Notes under the pieces: generated by a model
What the model was told of the DNA's origin: nothing
Database searches by the model: none
Seen by the model: only the letters and a program-made list of their open reading frames with translations
Translations under genes and position numbers: made by a program
In this document: positions 9,594 through 18,647 of the stretch, piece after piece
How positions within the stretch are numbered: the stretch's first letter is position 1
Layout of the letters: every line of letters begins with the position of its first letter
Assembly (NCBI GenBank): GCA_031406255.1
Contig: JANOGZ010001263.1
Location: 1 to 29,672, forward strand
Origin: Pyrinomonadaceae bacterium
Lineage (GTDB): Bacteria; Acidobacteriota; Blastocatellia; Pyrinomonadales; Pyrinomonadaceae
Direction: 5' to 3'
DNA length: 29,672 nt

Positions 9594-10679
9594 TTAAAAC
9601 TTTCGCATCTGCGGATCGAGCGCGTCGCGCAACCCGTCGCCGAGGAAATTCAGCGAGAAGAGCGTCAGCGCCATCGTGACGCCCGGAAAAATCAGTTGCC
9701 AGGGGAAGATCGCGATGTTTTGAATACCCTCGGCGGCCAGGCTCCCCCAGGACGCGAGCGGGGCCTGCACGCCGAGACCGAGAAATGAGAGAAAAGATTC
9801 CTGCAGCATCACGGAGGGGATCGTGAGCGTCGCGTACACGATGACGGGGCCGAGCGTATTCGGCACGATATGCTTGAAGATGATTTTGGCGGTCGAAACG
9901 CCGCCAGCCCGCGCCGCCAGCACGAATTCCTGATTCTTGAGCGAGATCACCTGCCCGCGAACGATGCGCGCCATCGTCAGCCACGAAACGGCTCCGAGGG
10001 CGATGAACAGCAGGAACAATTGACCGAGCGGCGTCTGCCCGCCGAACATCGCCAGCAGCACGATGACGATCATCATGTAGGGGATGGCATAGAGCACGTC
10101 GACGATCCGCATCATCACATCATCGACACGTCCTCCGAGATAACCGGCCGTCGCGCCGTAAGTGATACCGATGATGAGCGAAACGATCGTCGAGATGATG
10201 CCGACCATGAGCGAGATGCGGCCGCCTAAGAGCACGCGCGCCAGAATATCGCGGCCCGCGCTATCCGTCCCCATCGGATGCAACCACGAGAACGAACCGT
10301 CAGGCGCTGTAAAGGGCCCAAAGGATCTGATCAGATTGGAATCTTCCGGAATGTAATCGTAGGTGTAGCCGGTGGTATTGCGAATGATCGGCGGCCCGAC
10401 GAGCGACGCGAGGATAATGATGGCGACCACGATCATCCCGAAAACCGCCAGCTTGTTCTTCAGTAACCGCCGCCACGCGTCCTTCCAGAGAGACGTGCCG
10501 GAGACGGTATCCGTGCCGAGGTCAACCGAGCGCACGTCGCCTTCGCCGACGGCGAGTTCGGGCGCGGTGTGAATCATGTCGCCCGCGCGCGCGCGCACCG
10601 GCGGCGCCGGCGGCGTGCCGAGCGGCGTCAGCGCCGGCTCGGCCTGTTCAGTTTGCGCAAGAGGTCGTTCGTCCTTCAT
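9594..10679 (-). CDS. oppC: Oligopeptide ABC transporter permease
   Basis: LWKDAWRRLLKNKLA, HPMGTDSAGRDIL, EFVLAARAGG (EAA-like loop) and GDGLRDALDP. Confidence 0.93.
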   Translation of the reverse strand: MKDERPLAQTEQAEPALTPLGTPPAPPVRARAGDMIHTAPELAVGEGDVRSVDLGTDTVSGTSLWKDAWRRLLKNKLAVFGMIVVAIIILASLVGPPIIRNTTGYTYDYIPEDSNLIRSFGPFTAPDGSFSWLHPMGTDSAGRDILARVLLGGRISLMVGIISTIVSLIIGITYGATAGYLGGRVDDVMMRIVDVLYAIPYMMIVIVLLAMFGGQTPLGQLFLLFIALGAVSWLTMARIVRGQVISLKNQEFVLAARAGGVSTAKIIFKHIVPNTLGPVIVYATLTIPSVMLQESFLSFLGLGVQAPLASWGSLAAEGIQNIAIFPWQLIFPGVTMALTLFSLNFLGDGLRDALDPQMRKF

Positions 10680-10684
10680 GGTTT

Positions 10685-11605
10685 TTAGTACCGTATGCGT
10701 GGGTCGATGTAAGCGTAGGCCATGTCAACCAGAAAGTTGAAGAGCAAAATCAGGATCGAGATGAAAGCGACGATGCCGATGATCAGCGGTTCATCGCGGT
10801 TCAGATTCGCGTTGATGAAGTAGTTTCCGAGCCCCGGCAGCGCGAAGATTCTCTCGACGACGACCGTTCCGGTCACGAGAAAAGCCAGCGCCGGGCCGGT
10901 GAATGAAACGACCGGAAGCAAACCGCCGCGCAGCGCGTGCCGCATGACGACCTGCCGCTCCCGCAAACCCTTCGCGCGGGCCGTCCGGATATAATCGGCG
11001 CGCAGCACCTCGAGCATTCCGGAACGCGTCAGGCGCGCGATATAAGCCATGTAGATCGCCGAGAGCGTGATCACCGGCATCACCAGATTCCAGCTCGGGA
11101 AACCATTCCAGCGCGCCGGGGGCAGCCAGTACAAGGTCAGCGAAAAGATGAGCACGAGGATCGGTCCGAGCACGAAATTAGGAAGCGAGATGCCGAGCAT
11201 CGCCAGCGCCATCGAGGCGTAATCCAGGCGCGAGTTTTGCTTCAGCGCGGCCAGTGTCCCGGCGATGACGCCGACGGCCAGCGCCAGCAGGTATGCCATG
11301 ATCCCCAGCGTCGCTGAAATAGGAAGGGTGCGCGCCAGGATGCGGAGGACGGATTGCCCCTCATACTTCAGCGATGTGCCGAAATCACCGCGCAGGACGT
11401 TGCCGATCATCCGGCCGTACTGCACATACCACGGCTTATCGAGCCCGTATTTCTCGCGCAGGTTTTTTTCGATGGCGGGCGGGAGCTTTTTCTCGGACGT
11501 GTAGAAATTGCCGGGCGCGAGCCTGATCAAGCCCCACGTGAGGCTGATGACGATCAACATCATTGGCACAATGACGATCAAACGTCGGATGGCGAATCGA
11601 AACAT
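10685..11605 (-). CDS. oppB: Oligopeptide ABC transporter permease
   Basis: YGLDKP, GDFGTS, DYIRTARAKGL and YAYIDPRIRY. Confidence 0.93.
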   Translation of the reverse strand: MFRFAIRRLIVIVPMMLIVISLTWGLIRLAPGNFYTSEKKLPPAIEKNLREKYGLDKPWYVQYGRMIGNVLRGDFGTSLKYEGQSVLRILARTLPISATLGIMAYLLALAVGVIAGTLAALKQNSRLDYASMALAMLGISLPNFVLGPILVLIFSLTLYWLPPARWNGFPSWNLVMPVITLSAIYMAYIARLTRSGMLEVLRADYIRTARAKGLRERQVVMRHALRGGLLPVVSFTGPALAFLVTGTVVVERIFALPGLGNYFINANLNRDEPLIIGIVAFISILILLFNFLVDMAYAYIDPRIRY

Positions 11606-11620
11606 CGGCTTTCTTCCTCG

Positions 11621-13666
11621 CTAATCGGCCGTTTTGAGTAAATCGTTGACGCTCGGGAAATCGGTCGTCTTCGGGAGACCCCGATCCCACTTCGCGGCAT
11701 CGTGCTCGATGTAGACGAATTTCCACGCGTGGAGCGTCTGCGGATTCGGATACAAACCCTTCACATAAGGCTTCTTCACCCAGTTGGTGGCGTTCGTGTA
11801 GAGCGGAAGGATCGGCTGCGCATCGAGCAGGATGGCCTCGGCCCTGGCCAGCAATTCGTACCGCTTCTGTGGATCGAGCGTGCGGTTGGCCTCGTCCAGC
11901 ATCGCGACGTATTTCGGATCCGTCCACCCCGTGCCGTTGTCACCCTCGAGAGTGGTGAACAGATTGAGGAAGGTAAACGGGTCCATGTAATCGCCTACCC
12001 ACGCGCCGCGGATCGTCCCCTTGTATTCGAGCTTGGAACGATAGTTGAGAAACGTCTTCCACTCCATATTCTTGAGCGGGATCGTAATCCCCAGATTCTG
12101 CTTCCACTGCGCCTGCAGAAACTCGGCGATCTGTTTGTTTCGCTCCTGCGTGTTGTAGGTGTATTCCACATCCTTGATCGGAAATTTCTTCGGATCGTAA
12201 TTTCCGCTGGCGTCGCGGTATCCGGCCTCGGCGAGAAGTTTTTTCGCTTTTTCCGGATCAAAGGGATCGCCCTTCGGCTGCGGATAATTGGGGAAAATAC
12301 CTTCCGGAGTGAAGGCCGTCAGCGGCTTCACGACCCTCTGGTAGTCGGCAAGCGCCACCTTATCAATCGCCATATTGAAAGCCTTGCGTACGCGCTTGTC
12401 ATTCATCGGCGGCTTCGTCGTGTTGATCATGACATACGTGGTCGCCACTTCCGGCGCATCCATGTAGTCTTTCAGCGGACGGATCAGGTCGACCCAGCTG
12501 GTTGGAACCGTGTGGTTGAGAACCCCATCAACCTCGCCCGCCTTGTAGAGATTCATCATCGTCGTTGAATCTTCGAGCGGATAAAAGTTGATCTGATCGA
12601 GCTTGACGTTGGCGGCATCCCAGTACATCGGATCGCGCACCACGATCAACTCATTGTAGGGCCGCCACGTTTGCAGCTTGAACGGGCCGCTCGTCACGAT
12701 GTTGGCCGGCTCGGTCCAGGCCACTCCGTGTTTTTCGATCGCTTTACGCGGCACCAGACGGAAAAGCTGATACGGAAGCAGACCGATGAAGAAAGGCGCC
12801 GGCTGGGTGAGCGTCAGTCGCAGGGTGTAGTCATCGATGGCCTCGACGCCCATATCTTCAGCCTTCACGGGGACGAACTCTTTGCCCTCGACGGCCGCTT
12901 TGAGCTTCGGATTCGCCTCGATCGCCGTGGCGCGCTTTTTCTCGTCGCTCGGCAGCACGAGTCGCGCCGGCGATTGCATGAAGCGGTTAAACGGCGTATC
13001 GAGCGACGGATTTTGTCCGGTCGCGGGGAGTTCCGGCGAGTGTGGTGTAGCTATTGCGGGCGTCGCGCTCGGCGGCTCTTGTTGCGGCGGCGGTGGTTGC
13101 AGCGCCGGGGCGGCCCCGGCCTTCTCCGTTTCAGCCTTCACATCCCTTTCCAGCACATATTGGCCGGTGCGCGCGTCGCGCACGAAGACGTCTTTCTCGT
13201 TGTAGCTTTGCGCGTATTTAATGTAATAGGCGAGATAGGCGGAGCGCGCCGCGAGTTCGGGCGAGAGACCGCGCCGGAAGGTATAGACGAAGTCCTGTGC
13301 GGTGATCGGCTCGCCATTCGACCAGCGCGCATTCTTCCTGAGGTGGAAGACGAATCCGGACGAGTCGGAGTTGGTCTCCCAGCGCTCGGCGACCGCCGGT
13401 ATCGCCTCCATCGTCACCGGATGATATTCGACCAGGCCGTCATACAGAGCCATGTAGATGCGCGCTTCGGGCTGGCCGGTGCTGACCTGCGGGTCGAGCG
13501 ATTCGGGCTCGGAGCCGGAAACGTAGCGCAGGATCTGGCCCTCGGGCGGCTCGGTCTTGCCAAAATACTCGGCATTGCTCGCCTGACTGGTGCAGGCGGT
13601 GGCGAGCAATGAAAGCGTCACGAGAACCACGCCTAGTTGGAACCAACGGGCACGAATATTAATCAT
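11621..13666 (-). CDS. oppA: Oligopeptide ABC transporter substrate-binding lipoprotein
   Basis: Lipobox LATAC, EPESLDP, RWSNGEPITAQDF, VTSGPF and RGAWVGDY. RBS GGAG precedes the ATG. Confidence 0.92.
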   Translation of the reverse strand: MINIRARWFQLGVVLVTLSLLATACTSQASNAEYFGKTEPPEGQILRYVSGSEPESLDPQVSTGQPEARIYMALYDGLVEYHPVTMEAIPAVAERWETNSDSSGFVFHLRKNARWSNGEPITAQDFVYTFRRGLSPELAARSAYLAYYIKYAQSYNEKDVFVRDARTGQYVLERDVKAETEKAGAAPALQPPPPQQEPPSATPAIATPHSPELPATGQNPSLDTPFNRFMQSPARLVLPSDEKKRATAIEANPKLKAAVEGKEFVPVKAEDMGVEAIDDYTLRLTLTQPAPFFIGLLPYQLFRLVPRKAIEKHGVAWTEPANIVTSGPFKLQTWRPYNELIVVRDPMYWDAANVKLDQINFYPLEDSTTMMNLYKAGEVDGVLNHTVPTSWVDLIRPLKDYMDAPEVATTYVMINTTKPPMNDKRVRKAFNMAIDKVALADYQRVVKPLTAFTPEGIFPNYPQPKGDPFDPEKAKKLLAEAGYRDASGNYDPKKFPIKDVEYTYNTQERNKQIAEFLQAQWKQNLGITIPLKNMEWKTFLNYRSKLEYKGTIRGAWVGDYMDPFTFLNLFTTLEGDNGTGWTDPKYVAMLDEANRTLDPQKRYELLARAEAILLDAQPILPLYTNATNWVKKPYVKGLYPNPQTLHAWKFVYIEHDAAKWDRGLPKTTDFPSVNDLLKTAD

Positions 13667-14007
13667 CGCCTTTTACTCCGGTACTTCTGGTTAACCCGAC
13701 ATTATCGCCGCTTCGGCAAACCGTCGGGAAGGTGACGCGGGGAAATCTGATCAAGCCCCATATGCTGGGTTCGGGGGAACAATTTGGTTAAAGTTACTTC
13801 GGCGGACGGGGGAGCACGAACAAGACCGCGACCTACCAGTCTTAAGCATTCAGGGGCTGGCCTCACGTTATCATGCGTCCGCTTTCCCAATCAAGATGTA
13901 CTGCGCCGCGACGGGGTTAAACTCAACGATGCTCAGAGCGGAACATCTCGTTGCTTCCGGCGCGGCAGATTTCAAGCCGGATATTTACTCGCTACGTTCG
14001 ATCCGGA

Positions 14008-15927
14008 TCACTCGGCCTGCTTCGGCGGTTTCCAGGACGTATCTATCCGCACGCGTTTTAACGAAGGCGCATCCAGCAGATTGGCGTCAAAGCCGCTGAC
14101 ATAGGGCTTTACGAGCGCGTAGGAGGAAGCGAAATAGACGGGGATGGCCGGCAGCTCCAGCAGCGCCTGCTCTTCAGTGAGGATTTGTCGAGGCGCCGAG
14201 ATGTCAGCCGTTTGCTGCACTTCGGTCGCTCCGGACTGCGCCTCTCGCACCACTGGGGAAGGTTCGGCTGTCGCCTCCGGCGATGCTTCGCCGAGCTCTC
14301 CCACATCCTCCCCGGAGGTCCTGGCCGGCTGATCGAATATGGCCAAAATGGTCGCCTCCTCATCCATTGTTTGCATCACCACGCTGCGCCGCGCCAGATC
14401 ATAATCACCGGCACGCAGCGCCGCTTCATAATCATCCCAGCCGCGCATGTCCACATCCGTCTCCACCCCGAGAGCAGTGCGCCACATCTCGGCGACCGCC
14501 AGCGCCACGGTGCGGTGCTGTTCATTGCGATTAATGAGCAGACGTATGCGCGGGAAATTTGCCCCGCCGGGAAATCCCGCCTCGGACAGCAGACGCCGGG
14601 CTCTTTCCACATCATGCACGAGAGCGTGCGCGGTTCGCTTTCTCGCACCCGTGGTTTGATCGCCCGTTGACGGCACCGGGATAAACCTTCGCGCCGGTTC
14701 TGTTATGCCCTCCATCGTATCGGCGCTCAAACGATCGCGATCGAGCGCGATGGTGAGCGCTTCACGCACACGCCGGTCAGTGAACGGAGCACGCGTCATA
14801 TTAAAACTATAGTAAGTCAGCGCACCATACGTGACACGGCGAAAATCCTTGTATGGAGCCAGCAGTTTGAGCGCCAGCGGCTCGAAAGCGGCGTTGGTCA
14901 CCGCGTCCACAGCGCCCCCACGATAAGCGGCGAGCGCCTCTTCCGCATCACGCGCCGCGACAAAACGGACACGATCCAGCGCCACCGCCTTGCTGTCCCA
15001 GTAGTTTCCGTCGCGTTCCAGCACGACCCCGTCGGATGCCCGATCGGTAAGCCGAAAGGCGCCGTTTGAGACAACACCCGGCGCTGGTTGCTCCTCTGGG
15101 CCATGCCCCCCGCTCCCTTCGCTTGAAGAAACATCAGCATCGTTTTTCGTGCTCAGCTCATGCACGGGACGAAAGACCGGATGGGCCACCAGCGCCGGGA
15201 AATTTCGGTCAGGCCGCTGCAGGCGAACACGAAGGACGTGTTGACCGACGGCTTCGGCGCCGAATGTGGCTCCGCCGTCGGGCGGCGTGAGAGATTCTTT
15301 CGCTTGCGGCTTGGCCGGCGGAGAAACGCTTCCGCTCTCCTGCTGCTGCTGTTCGGGCGCGGGCGGCGCGTCCGCGGAAAATTCTTTACTCTCACCTCTT
15401 CTGCGCGCGCCTTCGATGTTTTCTAAAAGGCGCGCGTGCGGCGCGCGTTCGCCGAGCTGCCTGATGCGTTGCCACGAGCGCACGAAATCCTGCGCCGTGA
15501 CCGGGTCACCGTTCGACCAGCGCGCATCCGGACGAAGATAAAACGTCCAGTGGCGTCCATCCGGCGAGGATTCCCAGCGGGTCGCCACCGCCGAGACGGG
15601 GGCCAGATTGCGCGGGTCATAATCGGTCAGCCCTTCAAACATCGCGCGCACGACATCAGTGTCGGGCGGAGCCGCCGCCAGCGCCGGATCAAAGATTCGC
15701 GGCAATCCTCCATCACTCCAGCGAAACTCCTGCGCGCGCCGAGGCGTCACCACACGCCCGTAGTAGGGCTCCACCTCCTCCGACATGAAACATCCGCCGC
15801 CCATCACCGCAATAATCAACACTGTTATGAGCGCGACGCGTAACCACCTGGCGGACGAATCGAGACGACGTACGGAAACGGCGCGACTGCCATCGGTGGG
15901 CCTAGTTGTCGCTGTCGGTCGCATCAT
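14008..15927 (-). CDS. Second, divergent OppA-family substrate-binding lipoprotein
   Basis: Hydrophobic stretch then GGGC lipobox, FDPALA, RWSNGDPVTAQDF, VSNGAF and DRRVREAL. The start is uncertain (15927, or 15960 as in the ORF track). Confidence 0.85.
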   Translation of the reverse strand: MMRPTATTRPTDGSRAVSVRRLDSSARWLRVALITVLIIAVMGGGCFMSEEVEPYYGRVVTPRRAQEFRWSDGGLPRIFDPALAAAPPDTDVVRAMFEGLTDYDPRNLAPVSAVATRWESSPDGRHWTFYLRPDARWSNGDPVTAQDFVRSWQRIRQLGERAPHARLLENIEGARRRGESKEFSADAPPAPEQQQQESGSVSPPAKPQAKESLTPPDGGATFGAEAVGQHVLRVRLQRPDRNFPALVAHPVFRPVHELSTKNDADVSSSEGSGGHGPEEQPAPGVVSNGAFRLTDRASDGVVLERDGNYWDSKAVALDRVRFVAARDAEEALAAYRGGAVDAVTNAAFEPLALKLLAPYKDFRRVTYGALTYYSFNMTRAPFTDRRVREALTIALDRDRLSADTMEGITEPARRFIPVPSTGDQTTGARKRTAHALVHDVERARRLLSEAGFPGGANFPRIRLLINRNEQHRTVALAVAEMWRTALGVETDVDMRGWDDYEAALRAGDYDLARRSVVMQTMDEEATILAIFDQPARTSGEDVGELGEASPEATAEPSPVVREAQSGATEVQQTADISAPRQILTEEQALLELPAIPVYFASSYALVKPYVSGFDANLLDAPSLKRVRIDTSWKPPKQAE

Positions 15928-16018
15928 CTTAAATCGAATATTTTCCCGTCCCGTGTACATTCTCGAAATATTACTGCCGTCTCCTGAAAGGTGCGCGGCT
16001 CGTCATGAGCGCTCGGTC

Positions 16019-16654
16019 TTAGCTTCTTCCCGCCGGCCCTTCTCGGCGCACGCTCGCGCGCCGCAACGCTTCGATGACGGATTCTGTTTGCCGTCGCGCC
16101 TGATCGAACCCTTCGGAGGTATCAATCAGATGATCCGCGTAACGCTTCTTCTCGTCCTGCGGCATCTGCGCGGCGATACGTCTTTCCGCCGCGGCCCGCG
16201 AGAGGCCGTCCCGCTTCATGAGCCGCTCGAGCTGGATTTCGGGACGGCAGTGCACCACGATCAGTTGATCAAACCGCCGATAAGCGCCCGACTCGATCAT
16301 CAACGCTGCATCAACCACGCCGATTCCGTGGGGGTCCTGCTCTTCCCAACGCCTCAACCGTTCATCCTGCGCGGCGATGATGAGCGGATGAAGAATCGAG
16401 TTCAAGAGCGCCCGCTGTTTTTCATCGGCGAAGACCAGGGCTCCCAGCCGCGCGCGGTCGAGCATTTGATCGGCGTCCAAAACTTCCTCGCCGAAGGCCT
16501 CAACCACCGCGCGCAACCCGACGCTGCCTGGCGCGACCACCTCCCGCGCCACGCGATCGGCATCAATCACATGGCAGCCTTCTTGCGCTGCCAGCACTCC
16601 GGAGACAAAAGATTTACCGACGGCGATTGACCCGGTTAAGCCAACGCGCAACAT
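16019..16654 (-). CDS. coaE: Dephospho-CoA kinase
   Basis: VGLTGSIAVGKS, IDADRVAR, LDRARLG..VF, LNSILHP and RIAAQM. Confidence 0.95.
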   Translation of the reverse strand: MLRVGLTGSIAVGKSFVSGVLAAQEGCHVIDADRVAREVVAPGSVGLRAVVEAFGEEVLDADQMLDRARLGALVFADEKQRALLNSILHPLIIAAQDERLRRWEEQDPHGIGVVDAALMIESGAYRRFDQLIVVHCRPEIQLERLMKRDGLSRAAAERRIAAQMPQDEKKRYADHLIDTSEGFDQARRQTESVIEALRRASVRREGPAGRS

Positions 16655-16668
16655 ATCCGCCAGCCTTT

Positions 16669-17625
16669 TTACAGTCCGCGGCGTCGCCGCGCCGCCGTCA
16701 CGGTGTTGCGCATCAGCATCGCGACGGTTAATGGCCCGACGCCGCCCGGCACGGGCGTGACTTCCCCGGCGACCTCGGCGACCTCCGCCGGATGGACATC
16801 GCCAACCAGAGTATACCCACGCTGCCGAATCACCTCGACCCGCTCGTCGGCGCGCGCGCCGAATAATTCACGGGCAGTCTCCACGTCTGTAATCTTGTTC
16901 ATCCCGACATCTATCACCGTCGCGCCGCGTCTGACATGCTCGCGTCGAATAAATCCGGCGCGTCCGATGGCGACGATGAGAATGTCCGCCTGCCGGGTGA
17001 CGGCGGGCAAGTCTCGTGTTCGCGAATGGCATATCGTCACGGTCGCATCTCGCTGCAAGAGCAACTGCGCGATGGGGCGTCCGACGATATGGCTGCGCCC
17101 GACCACGCAGGCCCGCGCGCCGCTCAATCCAATGTTCGAGCGCTCGAGCAATTCGATGATTCCGGCGGGAGTACATGGAACAAACGCCGGCTGCCCGAGC
17201 GTCATGCGCCCCACGTTGAGGGGATGAAATCCATCGACGTCCTTGGCAGGAGCGATCGTGCTGATCACGCGCGCTTCGTCAACGTCGCGGGGCAGCGGCA
17301 ACTGTACCAGGATACCATCCACGGCGTCGCGATTGTTGAGCTGCTCGATCAGTTCAAGCACTTGCGCGGTCGTCGTTTCAGCGGCAAGCGCATGGTGTTC
17401 CGAACGAATGCCGAGCGCCTCGGAAGCGCGAATTTTATTATGCACATAGACGGCCGATGCCGGATCGTCTCCGACACGCACAACGGCGAGGTATGGTGTT
17501 ATGTCATGCTCGCTTTTGAGTCGCGCCACTTCGATCGCCACTTCGCGCTGGATATCGGCAGCGATGCGCGCACCATCCAGGACGGCTGCGCGCTGGCTCT
17601 CGTTTTCTGTGGTTGCGGTGCTCAT
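16669..17625 (-). CDS. folD: Bifunctional methylenetetrahydrofolate dehydrogenase/cyclohydrolase
   Basis: VLDG, DPASAVYV, DGILVQLPLP, KDVDGFH, PCTPAG, GRSHIVG and TPVPGGVGPLTVAML. I chose the ATG at 17625 over the TTG at 17649. Confidence 0.95.
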   Translation of the reverse strand: MSTATTENESQRAAVLDGARIAADIQREVAIEVARLKSEHDITPYLAVVRVGDDPASAVYVHNKIRASEALGIRSEHHALAAETTTAQVLELIEQLNNRDAVDGILVQLPLPRDVDEARVISTIAPAKDVDGFHPLNVGRMTLGQPAFVPCTPAGIIELLERSNIGLSGARACVVGRSHIVGRPIAQLLLQRDATVTICHSRTRDLPAVTRQADILIVAIGRAGFIRREHVRRGATVIDVGMNKITDVETARELFGARADERVEVIRQRGYTLVGDVHPAEVAEVAGEVTPVPGGVGPLTVAMLMRNTVTAARRRRGL

Positions 17626-17844
17626 CTGAGAACGCGCGCATCCTAACATAAATCAGCGGCAGTTCGTCAGTAGCATTTGCCGGTGCGTCGGCGGGGAGAG
17701 CCCGAATTGCCGCGCGCCGCTGATGGCCGACGAGCATATCGCGACTAACAAGCAAGTTTCAGAGGGCGTTTCGAGATATTTCGGGGGATTTTGTGAGTGT
17801 CGAACCGAGCGGGGGCTCACCCGGAGACTTCGCGCACTCTCCTG

Positions 17845-18261
17845 TCAGGTGAACTTGACGGAAGTCGGCGTATCGCTGGTGTAGGCCGTGATCTCCGGCT
17901 CATCGAGAAACCGCTCGACGGTCAGGACCAGATCTTTGATCCCGCCCGGTTTTTTCAAAAATTCGTTGACGCCGGCGGCGCGCGCCTCGCGCTCGCAGTC
18001 GCTCGCCGTGAACATAATGATGGGAGTATCGCGCCGCTGCGACAATTCGCGCGCGCGACACAGGAGTTCTACTCCGCCCACACCGGGAAGCTCAAAGTCG
18101 AGGACGATGATGTCGTAATGCTCCGCGCTCTCGAGCTTCTTTAACGCGGCTATCCCATCGCGGCAGACGTCGACCTGCCAGCCTTCGAGTTCAAATAATT
18201 GCTTGACGGTGAAGAGTACCAGATCGTAGTCCTCAACATACAGGATTTTGATCTGCTGCAA
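17845..18261 (-). CDS. Stand-alone receiver-domain (CheY-like) response regulator
   Basis: ILYVED, IIVLDFELPG (phospho-Asp), IIMFTA and FLKKP are all intact, with no output domain. The start is uncertain: TTG at 18261 with an upstream GAAGG, or GTG at 18333. Confidence 0.85.
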   Translation of the reverse strand: MQQIKILYVEDYDLVLFTVKQLFELEGWQVDVCRDGIAALKKLESAEHYDIIVLDFELPGVGGVELLCRARELSQRRDTPIIMFTASDCEREARAAGVNEFLKKPGGIKDLVLTVERFLDEPEITAYTSDTPTSVKFT

Positions 18262-18348
18262 TGTTTTGTGCTGCCCTTCAGGAATGTGAGATATGACGCA
18301 TACCGCGTCCGAACTTAAACGGTGCAAGAACACTTCTATCTCACAAAC

Positions 18349-18364
18349 AGCAATTACCGTTCCC
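18349..18364 (-). promoter_or_regulatory. Candidate sigma54 (-24/-12) promoter upstream of the receiver gene
   Basis: Minus strand reads GGGAACGGTAATTGCT against the consensus TGGCACG-N4-TTGCW. GG-N10-GC spacing is exact, and ACG and TTGCT match. Confidence 0.6.
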
Positions 18365-18647
18365 TCACGAAATTCCGGAGTGGCGATTTTTCAGTATTGT
18401 TTTGACCGGGGTTGGTTACAGAGCGGAGGCGGAAAGCTTTATGACCCGGAGAAGATAATCCTCTCCTGATCAATACCCCCGGTACGGAAACGGCGACGGA
18501 GTGAAATAGTTACGCTGTTGAATTTCAAACGCTGGATAAAAATGCTTGTCATCACTCCGTTTACATCTTCTTGCAGGCAACTTTGCAAGATGTATAGGGA
18601 TGCTACAACCACCATCATGTCGAGATTCGACAGGGGATCTTTAACTT

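Noticed and set aside
13715-13740. GGCAAACC...GACGC resembling a c-di-GMP-I riboswitch
   Set aside because: It is on the strand opposite oppA, the P2 pairing and GNRA loop are poor, and the AAAG after GACGC is missing.
13812-13900. GG-N10-GC spacings upstream of oppA on the minus strand
   Set aside because: The flanking bases do not match the sigma54 consensus (no CACG/AACG and no TTGC), so these are chance matches.
15335-15370. Short CTG repeat (poly-Gln) in the second oppA
   Set aside because: Only about four units inside a low-complexity linker, too short to suggest phase variation.
17575-17672. ZTP (pfl) riboswitch upstream of folD
   Set aside because: Only ACUGACGAAC matches. The P2 stem is absent, and the 3'-like element falls in conserved FolD coding sequence (AVLDG).
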